Positions 47,633-58,231 are shown, numbered from the stretch's first letter. The stretch: 64,000 nt of DNA from Candidatus Latescibacterota bacterium (GCA_011772205.1 WVZY01000077.1:9145-73144), one strand, 5' to 3'. The notes: a model not told the origin generated them from the sequence alone. Translations and numbers: made by a program.

Positions 47633-49708
47633 CTACTGCTTCTCTTCTTTTTCTTTCTTGACTTCTTCGATGATCTTCTGAGCGATATCGTGCGGCACCT
47701 CTTCGTAGTGGGAAAACTCCCTCTTGTGGGTGCCGCGGCCCTGGGTCAACGAGCGGAGGTGGGTGGAATATCGGTAGAGTTCCGAGAGAGGCACCTGGGC
47801 CTTGACCACATTGAATCTGCCCTCCGGATCCATACCCTGGATCTTTCCCCTGCGCCCGCTGAGATCGCCCATCACATCTCCCATGAAATCCTCCGGAACC
47901 TTGACTTCCACGTTCATGATCGGTTCGAGAAGAACCGGTTTGGCCTGTTGAGTAGCCTTTTTGAATGCCATGGATCCGGCCGTCTTGAACGCCTGCTCCG
48001 AGGAATCCACACTGTGGTAGCTACCGTCATAGAGCGTCGCCTTGAGGTCCACAACTGGAAATTTGGCGATTACGCCCTCGCTCATGGCGGCAACGATACC
48101 CTTTTCCACTGCGGGGATGAATTTCCCCGGAACAACGCCGCCGACGATCGCATTTACGAATTCGAAATCACTGCCGCGCGGCAGCGGCTCGAGTTTCAGC
48201 CACACATCCCCGTACTGACCGCGTCCTCCCGTTTGCTTTTTGTACTTACCTTGGGCTTCTGCGACCGCCGTAATGGTTTCTTTATACGGCACCTTGGGCC
48301 GCTTGAGCTGCACTTCGACGCCGAACCGCTTCTTCAACCGTCCGATGATCACTTCCAGATGCAGCTCACCCTGGCCCGAAATCAATGTCTGTCTCACTTC
48401 GTTGTCCACCTTCACTTCGAAGGTCGGATCCTCCTCCTTGAGACGGCTCAATCCCATGCTGATCTTTTCTTCGTCGCCCTTTGCCAATCCGGAGATCGCC
48501 GTGAAGATCGACGGCCTGGGAAGAACCGTTGGGGCAAACCGCACTGGAGCATTCTTAGCGCAGAGCGTATCCCCAACTTTCGTATTCTTGAGCTTGACTA
48601 CCGCTCCCATATCTCCGGCCGCAAGGTGGTTCACCTCCGTCCTGTTCTTCCCCTGTATCAGGAACAGCTGGCCCAAGCGCTCCGTCGTTTCCCGGTTGGG
48701 ATTGTAGATGTCTTTGCCGCTGTCGACCGATCCACGGTACATTCGAATGTACAGCATATCTCCCACGTGGGATTCGGAAACGTTTTTGAAAACGCTAACA
48801 GCGGCAGGGCCGTCGCTTTCTCCCTTTATTTCCATCTCGCCGTCAACTGCTTTTCTCGGTCGCTTATCGGGTGGAGGCACGAGATCAATGATTCCCTGGA
48901 GGAGCTGAGGGATACCAATGTTCTTGACGGCGGAAACGCAAAAGACCGGATACATCTCTCCGTTGGAAACCTCCGCAGACAAACCCTGGACGAGTTCTTC
49001 TTTGGTTAGAGACTCGCTCTCGAGATATTTCTCCATCAGCTCTTCGCTGGTCTCAGCGGCCGTCTCCAGGAGTTCATGTCGCCACTCGGACGCTTTATCC
49101 TTCACGTCATCCGGAATATCCACCTCATTCGACGTGCCCCTGCCGTCCGTGGAGTACTCGAATCCTTTCCCCTGGAGAAGATCTACGACACCCTTGAAGG
49201 ATTCTCCCTCGCCGATCGGAAGCTGTACAGGGAGCACCTTGTTGCCGAAGTGTTCTCTTAGCTGTGCGATGCAATTGTTGAAGTCAGCGTGTTCTTTATC
49301 CATCTTGTTGATGCAGAACAACGTGGGAAGATTTCGATCCCTAACATAGGTCCAGATCTTTTCGGTACCGACTTCCACGCCGCCATCCGCACGTATGGGG
49401 ATCAGGCATCCCTCGACTACATCGAGCGCGCACAAAACTTCACCGACAAAATCTTCGTAACCCGGCGTATCCAGGATATTGATTTTGTTCCCTTGAAATT
49501 CCCCGAAAGCCAATCCTGTCTGAATCGAGATCTGCCTTTCAACTTCATCCGGGTTGGCGTCCATTACCGTATTTCCATCCTCGACCCGCCCAATCCGGTT
49601 GATGACGCCCGTCGTGTACAGTATCGCTTCGGACAGCGCGGTTTTTCCCGTATCTTGGTGCGCGGCCAGCGCGATATTTCGAATTTTGTCCGGACTGTAT
49701 TCTTTCAC
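47633..49708 (-). CDS. fusA2: Elongation factor G paralog (EF-G2 / EFG II type)
   Basis: AHQDTGKT, RQISI, DTPGY, NKMD, GQGELHLE, KKQTGGRGQYG, DGSYHSVDSSE; not in the str operon. Confidence 0.9.
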   Translation of the reverse strand: MKEYSPDKIRNIALAAHQDTGKTALSEAILYTTGVINRIGRVEDGNTVMDANPDEVERQISIQTGLAFGEFQGNKINILDTPGYEDFVGEVLCALDVVEGCLIPIRADGGVEVGTEKIWTYVRDRNLPTLFCINKMDKEHADFNNCIAQLREHFGNKVLPVQLPIGEGESFKGVVDLLQGKGFEYSTDGRGTSNEVDIPDDVKDKASEWRHELLETAAETSEELMEKYLESESLTKEELVQGLSAEVSNGEMYPVFCVSAVKNIGIPQLLQGIIDLVPPPDKRPRKAVDGEMEIKGESDGPAAVSVFKNVSESHVGDMLYIRMYRGSVDSGKDIYNPNRETTERLGQLFLIQGKNRTEVNHLAAGDMGAVVKLKNTKVGDTLCAKNAPVRFAPTVLPRPSIFTAISGLAKGDEEKISMGLSRLKEEDPTFEVKVDNEVRQTLISGQGELHLEVIIGRLKKRFGVEVQLKRPKVPYKETITAVAEAQGKYKKQTGGRGQYGDVWLKLEPLPRGSDFEFVNAIVGGVVPGKFIPAVEKGIVAAMSEGVIAKFPVVDLKATLYDGSYHSVDSSEQAFKTAGSMAFKKATQQAKPVLLEPIMNVEVKVPEDFMGDVMGDLSGRRGKIQGMDPEGRFNVVKAQVPLSELYRYSTHLRSLTQGRGTHKREFSHYEEVPHDIAQKIIEEVKKEKEEKQ

Positions 49709-49771
49709 AATATTCCTCCTATGAACGACTTCATTGACCCACTAAGGGCGTAGCTCATGATTTCAGTGGGG

Positions 49772-49801
49772 ATTGTAGCACTCGGATAACCGGATTGTCA
49801 A
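49772..49801 (-). promoter_or_regulatory. Sigma70 promoter for the fusA2-yebC-ruv genes
   Basis: TTGACA-18nt-TACAAT with TG extension. Confidence 0.65.
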
Positions 49802-49815
49802 CGTCGCCAGAGCCG

Positions 49816-50526
49816 TCAGGCGCCACCCAAAGCCCTTCCCAGTGCGATCATTACTACACTGATCAACCACAAGGGGACCACACACCAAATTGCCTGATTG
49901 CGAGTCATTTTGAAGACCTGCACCAAACCCATCCCAACGATAACGAGCGCCCAGATTGCGAATAAATCGAGGCTTCTGAAGCATGCACCCAAGAATTTGT
50001 TTTCCGGAGGTGCAAGGAAGCCCAGACCAAAGGAGAACGCAGCATCTTGAGTCGTGCGGATCGTTTCTATCCCTTTGACATAAACCACGATCAAAACGGA
50101 GAGCAAGTACCCGACATTGGCCACAATTGACGAGTAAAGATAGATCGTGAAGAAACGCTTGAAGTTCGCGTTGGTAGCGAGAATGCTAACAAGAACGTAG
50201 CCAATCAGTGCAGTGATAAGAGCCGTTACCAAGACAGCAATTGGAGCAACCACGATTCCGAACGTCGCGAAGCGTTCAAAACTCTCTATTCCCTGTTCGA
50301 GTGTCTCCTCGGGAAGGTTTCTAGGATTGAGAAGCATAATGGCTCTTTGAACCGGAATGGATATATAGGCAACGATGAGATTGATCACACCAAGCCAGAT
50401 ATAAGGCTGCCACCATCCGACCGCGCCCCTTTCGATGTCCTCAAAAACCCGGCTCGGAGAATAGAAGATCCAAGAAAATCTACTGAAGAATCCCCCAACA
50501 CCTCCGCTTTCCACCTCATTGTTCAT
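49816..50526 (-). CDS. Yip1-family membrane protein
   Basis: IFYSPSRVFEDI start motif, about five TM helices, LDLFAIW; AGGAGG before ATG50526. Confidence 0.8.
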   Translation of the reverse strand: MNNEVESGGVGGFFSRFSWIFYSPSRVFEDIERGAVGWWQPYIWLGVINLIVAYISIPVQRAIMLLNPRNLPEETLEQGIESFERFATFGIVVAPIAVLVTALITALIGYVLVSILATNANFKRFFTIYLYSSIVANVGYLLSVLIVVYVKGIETIRTTQDAAFSFGLGFLAPPENKFLGACFRSLDLFAIWALVIVGMGLVQVFKMTRNQAIWCVVPLWLISVVMIALGRALGGA

Positions 50527-50661
50527 CTCGCGCCTCCTTTTATGAAACCTGTTACGCCCGGAATCTGCCGGGAGACGGAACGGCCGGTGCTTCACTGTTT
50601 CGCCGACGATTGGACGACACATCAGCAGATCAGATCCCGGTGTCCCAAATGTACTGGCTAT

Positions 50662-51810
50662 CTAACGAGCTGTCATTAATTTGTTCACTCGCTGCCAAAA
50701 TGTTTCCGCGATGTTGTCCCAGTCGTTTTGCCTGGCAATCTCTCGCGCCGGCTTGGAAATCTCGTGGTTCTCATCGCCGGCTAACGAGCGTGCCACCGCC
50801 TCACATGCCGTTACAAATGGCTCCCCTGGTTCTGCAGCCTGGACCACATCCGGATAAATCCGAACTTCTTCAGAGAATCGGGTCGTAACCACCGGAAGGC
50901 CGGCGGCGAGATATTCGTACAACTTGTTTGGATTCACTCCTTTCGTCAGATCGTTGTAGCGAAACGGGATCAACGCGATGTGGTACTGCCGAAGAAGCTG
51001 CGGGACTTCGCTATAGGCCACCGGTTCGGAGCGCGCAACATTTTGGAGTGCCGCCAGCCGGGCAACTTCCGCTTCAGCACCATGAAGTACCGGGCCAACA
51101 AGGGCTATTTCCCATTCGGGATGGCGCTCGGCAAGCAGCTGAATGCTGTCGAAGTCGACCCACGGGGCGAGTGCGCCAATGTAGATGATCCGTACCTTGG
51201 TGAGATCCGCTGGGAGAAGCGGCTCGGCTTGGCCGGTTTGAAACCGCGCAAAGTCCACGCCATTCCCAAGATATTCGACTCCCGCATCACTGCCCCTGGC
51301 ATCCGAGACGCTGGAAACCAATGCTTTCGACGATGCAAACACGGCATCAGCTTTCCTGCTCGCTTCCCTGAAGTAGATTTCGCTCCAGGATGGCATCCCG
51401 GGAAACGACGCGTGCGCATCGTTACAGTCATAGAGAAGGAAGCGTCCCCTTGTACGTGATGCCACCCGAATCGAATAAATGTTCGAAAGGATTTTTCCGA
51501 GGTTGTCCCTGTCGAATCCAAGCTTGGCGATGAGCCGCGCAACCTCAAACCGGGCAACTCGGTCCACGGCGTACCGAAAGATCGGCTGGTCCAAAGCGAT
51601 ACGCCCCATGCCGCTGGGGACTGATTTGATAAACGGAACGGTGGCGCAAAAAATATCGCCTTCCCGGCGCACAGAGAAGCGATTCCTTCTCCCTTTTACG
51701 TACGGTTCGAGATAGAGCAGGCGTATATCCCCCGGCTTCCGGTGGATGATCTGCTGCTTTCGGGTCTTGAGGTAATCCCACTTGATTTCTGCAAACCAAA
51801 CGATATCCAT
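50662..51810 (-). CDS. GT-B glycosyltransferase (TuaH-like, GT4 clan)
   Basis: YDCND, NGVDF, YIGALAPWVDF, NPNKLYEYLAAGLPVV. Confidence 0.88.
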   Translation of the reverse strand: MDIVWFAEIKWDYLKTRKQQIIHRKPGDIRLLYLEPYVKGRRNRFSVRREGDIFCATVPFIKSVPSGMGRIALDQPIFRYAVDRVARFEVARLIAKLGFDRDNLGKILSNIYSIRVASRTRGRFLLYDCNDAHASFPGMPSWSEIYFREASRKADAVFASSKALVSSVSDARGSDAGVEYLGNGVDFARFQTGQAEPLLPADLTKVRIIYIGALAPWVDFDSIQLLAERHPEWEIALVGPVLHGAEAEVARLAALQNVARSEPVAYSEVPQLLRQYHIALIPFRYNDLTKGVNPNKLYEYLAAGLPVVTTRFSEEVRIYPDVVQAAEPGEPFVTACEAVARSLAGDENHEISKPAREIARQNDWDNIAETFWQRVNKLMTAR

Positions 51811-51919
51811 TACGATGCTCCTGGATGTCGGCAAAATGTACCACGATATGGGATGCTCCCCAAGAGTTTTATGGAACGACAGCGGGATGATCGCTTATAG
51901 TGGACAGCGTGAATGGTCC

Positions 51920-53035
51920 ATGAAACCCGAATCTTTTAGAATAGCCTATCTGATCGATGATCTCTCATTCGGCGGCGCACAGAAACAGCTGGCACTGATC
52001 GTCGAAGCGCTCCCCGAGCCATTCGTCCCTTTGGTATGCTGCCTCTCCGAGTCGACAAGCCCGTTTGGAAAGATCCTGGTGAACCAGGGAGTCGAAGTTC
52101 TCTCTTTCCGGAGAAGATCACATTTCGATCTACTTCGCCTGATATCCGTAACCCGAACCCTCGCACGCTACGATGTGGACATCATCCAAGGGTTCCTCGA
52201 CGCTTCGAGCGCCTATGCGTACCTTGCAGGCTGGATGCTCCGCAAACCAACGGTGCTCACTCTCAGAAGTGATCGGATTTCACTCAAAGGCCTGCGGGGG
52301 CACCTCCTCCATGCCATGTACAAACGTGCCGCCAAGGTCATGGTCAACTCAAAGGCCGGGGAGACATACCTGCTGAACTACGCCGGGCTGGCGAGAGACA
52401 AAGTCGAATTGATACGTAATTGGTTCCCCCCAGGCGGCATTCCACCGCGCCGAGAAGTATCGGACCGGCATGAAGAAGCGGATAAGGAGGAGATAATTGG
52501 TTACGTGGGGAGGTTCTCAACACTCAAACGGCTCGATATGCTGATCCACGCCTTTCGCAAGGTCTCCCAGTCGCGGCCAGATGCAAAGCTTGTCCTCATC
52601 GGACAGGGAGAGGTGCGTGATGACCTCGAAACACTGCGCCAAGAGCTTGGGCTCACAGAGAGCGTTGACATTCGAGAGCCGGTCATCGATGTCATCGACG
52701 CAATGAAGCGTTTTTCCTGTTTTGTCCTTTCCTCCTCTTACGAGGGCCTTCCCAACGTGGTGATCGAAGCGCTCGCCGCCGGGATTCCCGTTGTAGCCGG
52801 TTCTATTGGGGATGTAAGGGATTTGGTGATCAATGGCCGGACGGGCGTGCTCGTCGAGGAAATCACGCCGGATACTCTAGCGGATGCCATATCAAAGGTG
52901 CTCTCCGATCCAGCACTGGCAGAATCTGCAAAACGCGAAGGGCCGCGTCTCGTCAGCGAACACTTCTCGATCGACGCCTGTGTGAAGAAGCTGCTCACAA
53001 TGTATGAGGGACTTCTCGGTGCAAAGAGCCCTTGA
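51920..53035 (+). CDS. GT4 glycosyltransferase
   Basis: GGAQKQL, VGRFSTLKRLD, SSYEGLPNVVIEALAAGIPVV. Confidence 0.9.
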   Translation: MKPESFRIAYLIDDLSFGGAQKQLALIVEALPEPFVPLVCCLSESTSPFGKILVNQGVEVLSFRRRSHFDLLRLISVTRTLARYDVDIIQGFLDASSAYAYLAGWMLRKPTVLTLRSDRISLKGLRGHLLHAMYKRAAKVMVNSKAGETYLLNYAGLARDKVELIRNWFPPGGIPPRREVSDRHEEADKEEIIGYVGRFSTLKRLDMLIHAFRKVSQSRPDAKLVLIGQGEVRDDLETLRQELGLTESVDIREPVIDVIDAMKRFSCFVLSSSYEGLPNVVIEALAAGIPVVAGSIGDVRDLVINGRTGVLVEEITPDTLADAISKVLSDPALAESAKREGPRLVSEHFSIDACVKKLLTMYEGLLGAKSP

Positions 53036-53062
53036 CACCGATCGAGAGAATGTCTACGACTT

Positions 53063-53092
53063 AAAAAAACGGGGCGTCGAAGCGCCCCGTTT
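53063..53092 (-). terminator. Intrinsic terminator, likely bidirectional
   Basis: AAACGGGGCG-TCGAAG-CGCCCCGTTT with T7 tail on the minus strand. Confidence 0.85.
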
Positions 53093-53113
53093 CGTCACGG
53101 GCCTCTTTCCAGA

Positions 53114-54223
53114 TCAATCCTCCTCATCCTCGAGATCTTTCAGCTTGTCTTTGATCTCTTCCCTGAGTTCTTCTAAAGCTTTTTTGAGCTCACGAAGCTC
53201 CGCGCGGATATCATTCCGCTCCAGCCGTAGTTTTTTGCGTGATTCCCTGAGCTTATCCCTCATCTTCGCCCAATCTTCCTTGTCAAACTCGAGGGATTTC
53301 TCCCAGCCTTTGATGAACGGTCCGGTTGTACATCGATCCATGTACCACTCGAAGTGCTCGCCTTCTTGCATTTCTCCGGTGAGCGTCATTTTTTTGCCGT
53401 GGCGGACAACCGTCAACTCGAATTCCTCTCCCCCTTCCAACTCCCCGACTGCTTCGATGAGTTCATCGGCCGAGCGGACCTTTTGATCATCCAACTGGAC
53501 AATCACGTCACCGGCTTTAACACCCGCTTCCTCCGCGGGAGAATCCTCGTTCACTCCGAGTACGAGGACGCCCTCTCCTTCCACGATATCAAAATAGGAG
53601 GCCAGGTCTTCGTTCTCGAGGTCCTCGATCCTCACTCCCAGCCGTCCTTTCGAGCTCATAATGGTGAAGATATGCCCGGGCTCCGAGATATGGAGCTTGC
53701 CGATTTTGGGGACCTTCACCTCTGGGATGTCGATTGCAAACTCCTCCGGTCTTTCTCCAATGATGACGGTGACAACCTTTGAATCATCCTCGCGTATCAC
53801 CTTGATCTTGACTTTTTCACCGACCTTGGATTCGGCGACGAGCCTGGCGAGTTCCCCGGTCGAATCGACCTTTTTGCTATCGTATTCAACGATGACGTCG
53901 CCATTCTCCAGACCGGCTTCTTCCGCTGGGCTGTCATCGAACACCTCGTTTATCAGGACGCCTCTCTTGATCTTGAGATCGAGGCCTTCGATAATCTCGT
54001 CGGTCAGCTCCTGCATCGTGATGCCGAGAAAGCCCTTTCCACTTACTTTCTTCTCCTTCTTTTTCAAAGCATCCGCATCCTGCGCCGCGAGGGCCAGCAT
54101 GGCCATGCTGACGACTGCGACAAGCATGAGCGCGACCGGGCTGCGGATGAGTCCTGGACGAAGGCTCCGTTTGAAGATCTTTTCCATCCTTCTTGGACTA
54201 AATCCGTCCTTCCCTCCTTTCAT
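53114..54223 (-). CDS. Exported tandem-PDZ protein with C-terminal coiled coil and no protease domain
   Basis: GFLGI...SPAEEAGLENGDVI and GRLGV...SPAEEAGVKAGDVI; heptad-rich tail; start uncertain. Confidence 0.85.
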   Translation of the reverse strand: MKGGKDGFSPRRMEKIFKRSLRPGLIRSPVALMLVAVVSMAMLALAAQDADALKKKEKKVSGKGFLGITMQELTDEIIEGLDLKIKRGVLINEVFDDSPAEEAGLENGDVIVEYDSKKVDSTGELARLVAESKVGEKVKIKVIREDDSKVVTVIIGERPEEFAIDIPEVKVPKIGKLHISEPGHIFTIMSSKGRLGVRIEDLENEDLASYFDIVEGEGVLVLGVNEDSPAEEAGVKAGDVIVQLDDQKVRSADELIEAVGELEGGEEFELTVVRHGKKMTLTGEMQEGEHFEWYMDRCTTGPFIKGWEKSLEFDKEDWAKMRDKLRESRKKLRLERNDIRAELRELKKALEELREEIKDKLKDLEDEED

Positions 54224-54376
54224 CGAAAGCCGCCGATCCCCCGGCGCGCTTTCGCCATCGAGCTGCTACCCCCCTTTTCAACACTCGTCCTTCTCGACCG
54301 CCCCCGCGCGCTTCCATCTTTTGCAGGGTGTCTCTGTCCCAGGAAAGAGAGCGCAGCTTGGGGCGTCCTGGTATTT

Positions 54377-54404
54377 TTTACGCAGGTTGCGATAAAGAGT
54401 TCCC
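54377..54404 (-). promoter_or_regulatory. ECF sigma-factor promoter
   Basis: GGAAC-16nt-CGTAAA upstream of the PDZ gene. Confidence 0.6.
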
Positions 54405-54427
54405 GATGTCTGAAGTGTGACTCCGGT

Positions 54428-55696
54428 TCAGGCTGACGATTCCGGGAGTTTCAGAGCCTGCTCGAAGTACTCGGCAAGGGGGGAGATATTGTTCCGGAGA
54501 TCGAAGAACGCTTCCACGCGTTTTCGCCCATTCAATGAAAGCCTTCGTCTTAACTCATTATCCAGCAGTAGATTAACAAGAGAGTCTGCGAGCATTATCG
54601 CATCTCCAGCCGGAACCAGGATCCCATCGACTCCATCACGGACGAGCTCGGGGATCCCCGAAAGACGCGAAGCGACGACGGTGGCTCCGCAGGCCATCGC
54701 CTCTGCGAGGACGTTCGGTAGCCCTTCCATCGACCCATTCCTGGCCCGAATCGAAGCCATGACGAATATGTCGGCCCGCTGAAACAATCGGATGATTCCC
54801 TGGTGTGGCATCGATCCAACAAAAGACACGTTCGTTCCGAGATTGAGGGATAGAGCGAGCTGAACCAGCCGCAGCCTCTCCGGTCCGTCCCCGAATATCT
54901 CCGCCTCGAAGCGAATCCCGCGCATCATGAGCTCTGCGAGCGCTTGGAGGACGATATGGACGCCCTTTTTCGGCTCCAGCCCCCCGCCCGCCACGATGAG
55001 CGGCACTTCTCTTGGAGCCTTTTCAGGAAATCGATACCTCTCGAGCTCCAAACCCTGGTACACCACTTTCACCTTATCCCCTGGCCCTCCCAGTGACAGC
55101 AGATGCCCGTGGTTATGATTCGAGACTGTGATCACACGATCAGCCGCTCGCATTTTTTCCGCAAGCAAGAGCTCGGTCCCTTTTACATAGATGTCCCATG
55201 CATGTGCGGTAAAACTGAATGGGAGTCCGGAGACTTTGGATATGAAGAACGCGCAGGTGGTGGGAACGGTCGCGAAATGAGCGTGGAGATGGAGGATGTT
55301 CTCCCGCCGAAATATGTCAATCAGGCAGAGGCTTTTGGGGAGAATCGCAAGAAATTTGAGCATCCGACCGGGGCGTTTCCTTAACGCCCAGAGGATTCTT
55401 GCAGCTTCGCGGACGATATTGGAGGAGCGTTCTAAAAACACCTTCGCCGACGCACGCAAAAGACTCAGCGAAAAAAAGAAAGGCAAATAGAATACCTTAG
55501 CGTGGGGGAGCTCTTCTTGTCCGACGGACTGGGGGGTGTTTTTCAAGGAGACAACTATGAGCTCGATTCCCCTTTTTTCCAGTTCGATTATCTCGCGTGA
55601 GATGAATGTTTCCCGAAGGACGGGAAATGTGGAGGTGATATAGACAAGCTTCCCCTTCCGCCCCGGGGATGTGTTTTTAGGATTCCTTTTGAGCAA
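54428..55696 (-). CDS. GT4 glycosyltransferase (WcaL-like)
   Basis: FPVLRETFISREI, HLHAHFA, SFTAHAWDIY, EGLPNVLAEAMACG. Confidence 0.9.
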   Translation of the reverse strand: MLKRNPKNTSPGRKGKLVYITSTFPVLRETFISREIIELEKRGIELIVVSLKNTPQSVGQEELPHAKVFYLPFFFSLSLLRASAKVFLERSSNIVREAARILWALRKRPGRMLKFLAILPKSLCLIDIFRRENILHLHAHFATVPTTCAFFISKVSGLPFSFTAHAWDIYVKGTELLLAEKMRAADRVITVSNHNHGHLLSLGGPGDKVKVVYQGLELERYRFPEKAPREVPLIVAGGGLEPKKGVHIVLQALAELMMRGIRFEAEIFGDGPERLRLVQLALSLNLGTNVSFVGSMPHQGIIRLFQRADIFVMASIRARNGSMEGLPNVLAEAMACGATVVASRLSGIPELVRDGVDGILVPAGDAIMLADSLVNLLLDNELRRRLSLNGRKRVEAFFDLRNNISPLAEYFEQALKLPESSA

Positions 55697-57050
55697 CGTG
55701 ACGCCTTACCAAGTTGCCGGCAACCAGTCCACCGGCGAGGGGGAACCAGACGAAATAGGCAAATTCGGTCGAAGCGAACATGCAACTGATCAAGGATGCA
55801 ATGAATGAAATCAAAATGTAAAACGAAAGGTCTCCCATCCATGCAGTCCGGGCTTCCCACCTCGCCCGGATTCCCTTCAGACAATTTTGCACCGCGGACA
55901 CGCAGAAACCCACATAAGCCAGAAATCCAAACAACCCTACGCCGGAGAGGATCTCGAGGTATGCGTTGTGCGCCACGATCCGCACGACGAGATCCGTCCC
56001 CGATCGAGCGATAAAATTATTGAGGCCGACGCCGGTCAGCGGGTGTTGAAGAAACATGTGAATAGCAGATTCGGCCGCCCTTATTCTCAATAGGATGGAC
56101 CAGTCACCCGGGCGTGATCTTGCCAGCTCGCCTAACGAGAAAAGTCTTATCCAGTAGGCCTTAGGGGTGAGGAATACGGATGCAGCGAAAACCAGGGCAA
56201 TACCGACGTAAAATCTTTTGCTTTTCAACTCTCGAAACAGCGGTGCCAGCAGTGCGAAAGCCAATGCGAACACCGCCGATCTCGAGAAAGTAGCAAAGGT
56301 CGCAATAACAAGGATAAGAATCCCGACCAAGAAAAATACCCTATGCCATATCCGATATGCGCGCTTCACCGCGTAGAATCCCAAGGGAATCGCCGAAATC
56401 AGGAACATTGCCAGAATATTCGGATTTATTTGCGTTCCTTCAAAGCGCGCCATCTGAGCAAAGCCGATCACCGATATATCCTCTCCCAGCCCAAGTTTCA
56501 TGTTCGCGAAACCCAACAAAACACCGGCAACCCCTCCCATAAAGACGACGACCACATACTTATGGAGATCCGCGGGGTTCTTCAATAGTTGAAGGGCAAG
56601 AAAGGTCAGGATCAACACTTTGACGTACTTGATGAGGCCGATGAGCGATACACTCAAGGAGTATGCGTACAGCATCGATGTCAAAGCCATCAATGTAAAG
56701 AATGCGGCAGACCAAATGAACGTCCGATCGCTGAGTTCGATCTCTTCCCCGGAGAAAAGACGCAGCAGCACTGCGGCGAATGCAATCAATACGATCGGGT
56801 AAGGAACGAGCAAGGGGAAATAAAACGACAGGCCGGAATAAATATAGAACACCGCCGTGTAAAAACTAAACTTGGGGTACGCAAAAAAAACGGATCCCAG
56901 AACGGCGAGCCCCAGACCAAGCAACATGAATTTCAAAACCGCGATCGCAATGAAAAAATAAAGGATAAAGGCACCGATCACCGGGACGGTGGAAGCTACG
57001 TAAAGGTATACGAGTTGCCTTTTGGAGAGCGCACGCGAGGATGGATACAT
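55677..57050 (-). CDS. O-antigen ligase/Wzy-family membrane protein
   Basis: About 12 TM helices; NPN, TFSRS, HPLTGVG, AHNAYLEIL. Confidence 0.88.
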   Translation of the reverse strand: MYPSSRALSKRQLVYLYVASTVPVIGAFILYFFIAIAVLKFMLLGLGLAVLGSVFFAYPKFSFYTAVFYIYSGLSFYFPLLVPYPIVLIAFAAVLLRLFSGEEIELSDRTFIWSAAFFTLMALTSMLYAYSLSVSLIGLIKYVKVLILTFLALQLLKNPADLHKYVVVVFMGGVAGVLLGFANMKLGLGEDISVIGFAQMARFEGTQINPNILAMFLISAIPLGFYAVKRAYRIWHRVFFLVGILILVIATFATFSRSAVFALAFALLAPLFRELKSKRFYVGIALVFAASVFLTPKAYWIRLFSLGELARSRPGDWSILLRIRAAESAIHMFLQHPLTGVGLNNFIARSGTDLVVRIVAHNAYLEILSGVGLFGFLAYVGFCVSAVQNCLKGIRARWEARTAWMGDLSFYILISFIASLISCMFASTEFAYFVWFPLAGGLVAGNLVRRHVAQKES

Positions 57051-57052
57051 TT

Positions 57053-58231
57053 TTATTTTTTTCTACGAAAGATCCTTGAAATGTCATTGAGAACAGGTCC
57101 AAAAATCTCCTTGACGACACCCCTTTGCTCTTCCTGCTCTCTCCACAGTGTGACCATCACGGCGAGGAGAGCGCTCCACCCAAAACCAACTAATCCCCCG
57201 AGCACGACGAGGATCTTGCGCTTCGGGCGACTTCGTATTTCGGGAATTTCAGCCCTGTCCAGCACTTGAATCGTGGGCGTATCTCTCGCCTCGTCGATTC
57301 GTGCTTTCTCATGCTCTTTGATGAGGAGCTCATAAACCTTCTCCTCGATTTTGACACGGCGCGTGAGTCTAAGAAGATCGAGGGTAACTTCGGGGACCTT
57401 GTCCAACGTGGGGAAAAATGATCGAACGAAATCTTCCTCGTCCCTTGCGGAATTCACTTTGAATTTCTTGAGCTGCCCCAGAATTTCGTCGTAACGCTCT
57501 TTCTTGTCGACATACTCTTCCGAAGATTCGGAGGCGTATTGACCGAGAATGTCCATCTCTACTTCGAGGGCAATCGCTTCGCCAGTTAGATCCGACATGA
57601 CTTCGAGCGTCGATTTCACCTGCTCGCTGATTTCCAGAGCCTGGTTTTGTTCCTGGAAAACCCTAAGTTCTTCCTCCGCTCTCTGGAGATCCCTGCCGTG
57701 GATCTCGAGTTGCCTTGCGATGAACTCCCGCGTCTTCGATGCGCGAGCCGAGTTTAGCTCCTGGTTGAATTCATCGAGCAGTTCCACGAATCGATTTGCG
57801 ACCGAGGCGGCACGCTCCGGATCTCTATCCTCGAACTGGATGATCAATAACCCATTTTCGAGAAGCCTAAACGTAGAATGTGAGTGGAGCGAGCCCAGCG
57901 CCTCGGTTACTGAGCTCGATCCGTAAACTCTTTTCAAGCCGAATTCCTCGGTTATCTGCTCGCCGACTTTCCGGCTCATTAGGATATCGATATAAATCGT
58001 TGCTGACTGGGCGCCCACTCCTCCGCCCCCAAAAAGGGGGAGCTGGAGACTCTGAACGAACTCGGCGTAGGCTGGCACGCTTCCCTGAGGCTCAGGGGGA
58101 AATATCGACGTCCTGGCGGTGTACCATTTGGGCAAAAGGAGACTAACGACCGCCATTGCCGCTGCAGCAACGAGCGCAGAGGAGACGATGAACTTTCTCC
58201 ACATAACGAGAGTTTTGATCAGGAATGTCAT
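57053..58231 (-). CDS. Polysaccharide chain-length determinant (Wzz/GumC-like, no kinase domain)
   Basis: Two TM helices flanking a coiled coil; QVLDRAEIPEIRSRPKR. Confidence 0.88.
   Translation of the reverse strand: MTFLIKTLVMWRKFIVSSALVAAAAMAVVSLLLPKWYTARTSIFPPEPQGSVPAYAEFVQSLQLPLFGGGGVGAQSATIYIDILMSRKVGEQITEEFGLKRVYGSSSVTEALGSLHSHSTFRLLENGLLIIQFEDRDPERAASVANRFVELLDEFNQELNSARASKTREFIARQLEIHGRDLQRAEEELRVFQEQNQALEISEQVKSTLEVMSDLTGEAIALEVEMDILGQYASESSEEYVDKKERYDEILGQLKKFKVNSARDEEDFVRSFFPTLDKVPEVTLDLLRLTRRVKIEEKVYELLIKEHEKARIDEARDTPTIQVLDRAEIPEIRSRPKRKILVVLGGLVGFGWSALLAVMVTLWREQEEQRGVVKEIFGPVLNDISRIFRRKK

Noticed and set aside
47183-49009. 608-aa plus-strand ORF
   Set aside because: Antisense shadow of EF-G2 and yebC with no recognisable motifs
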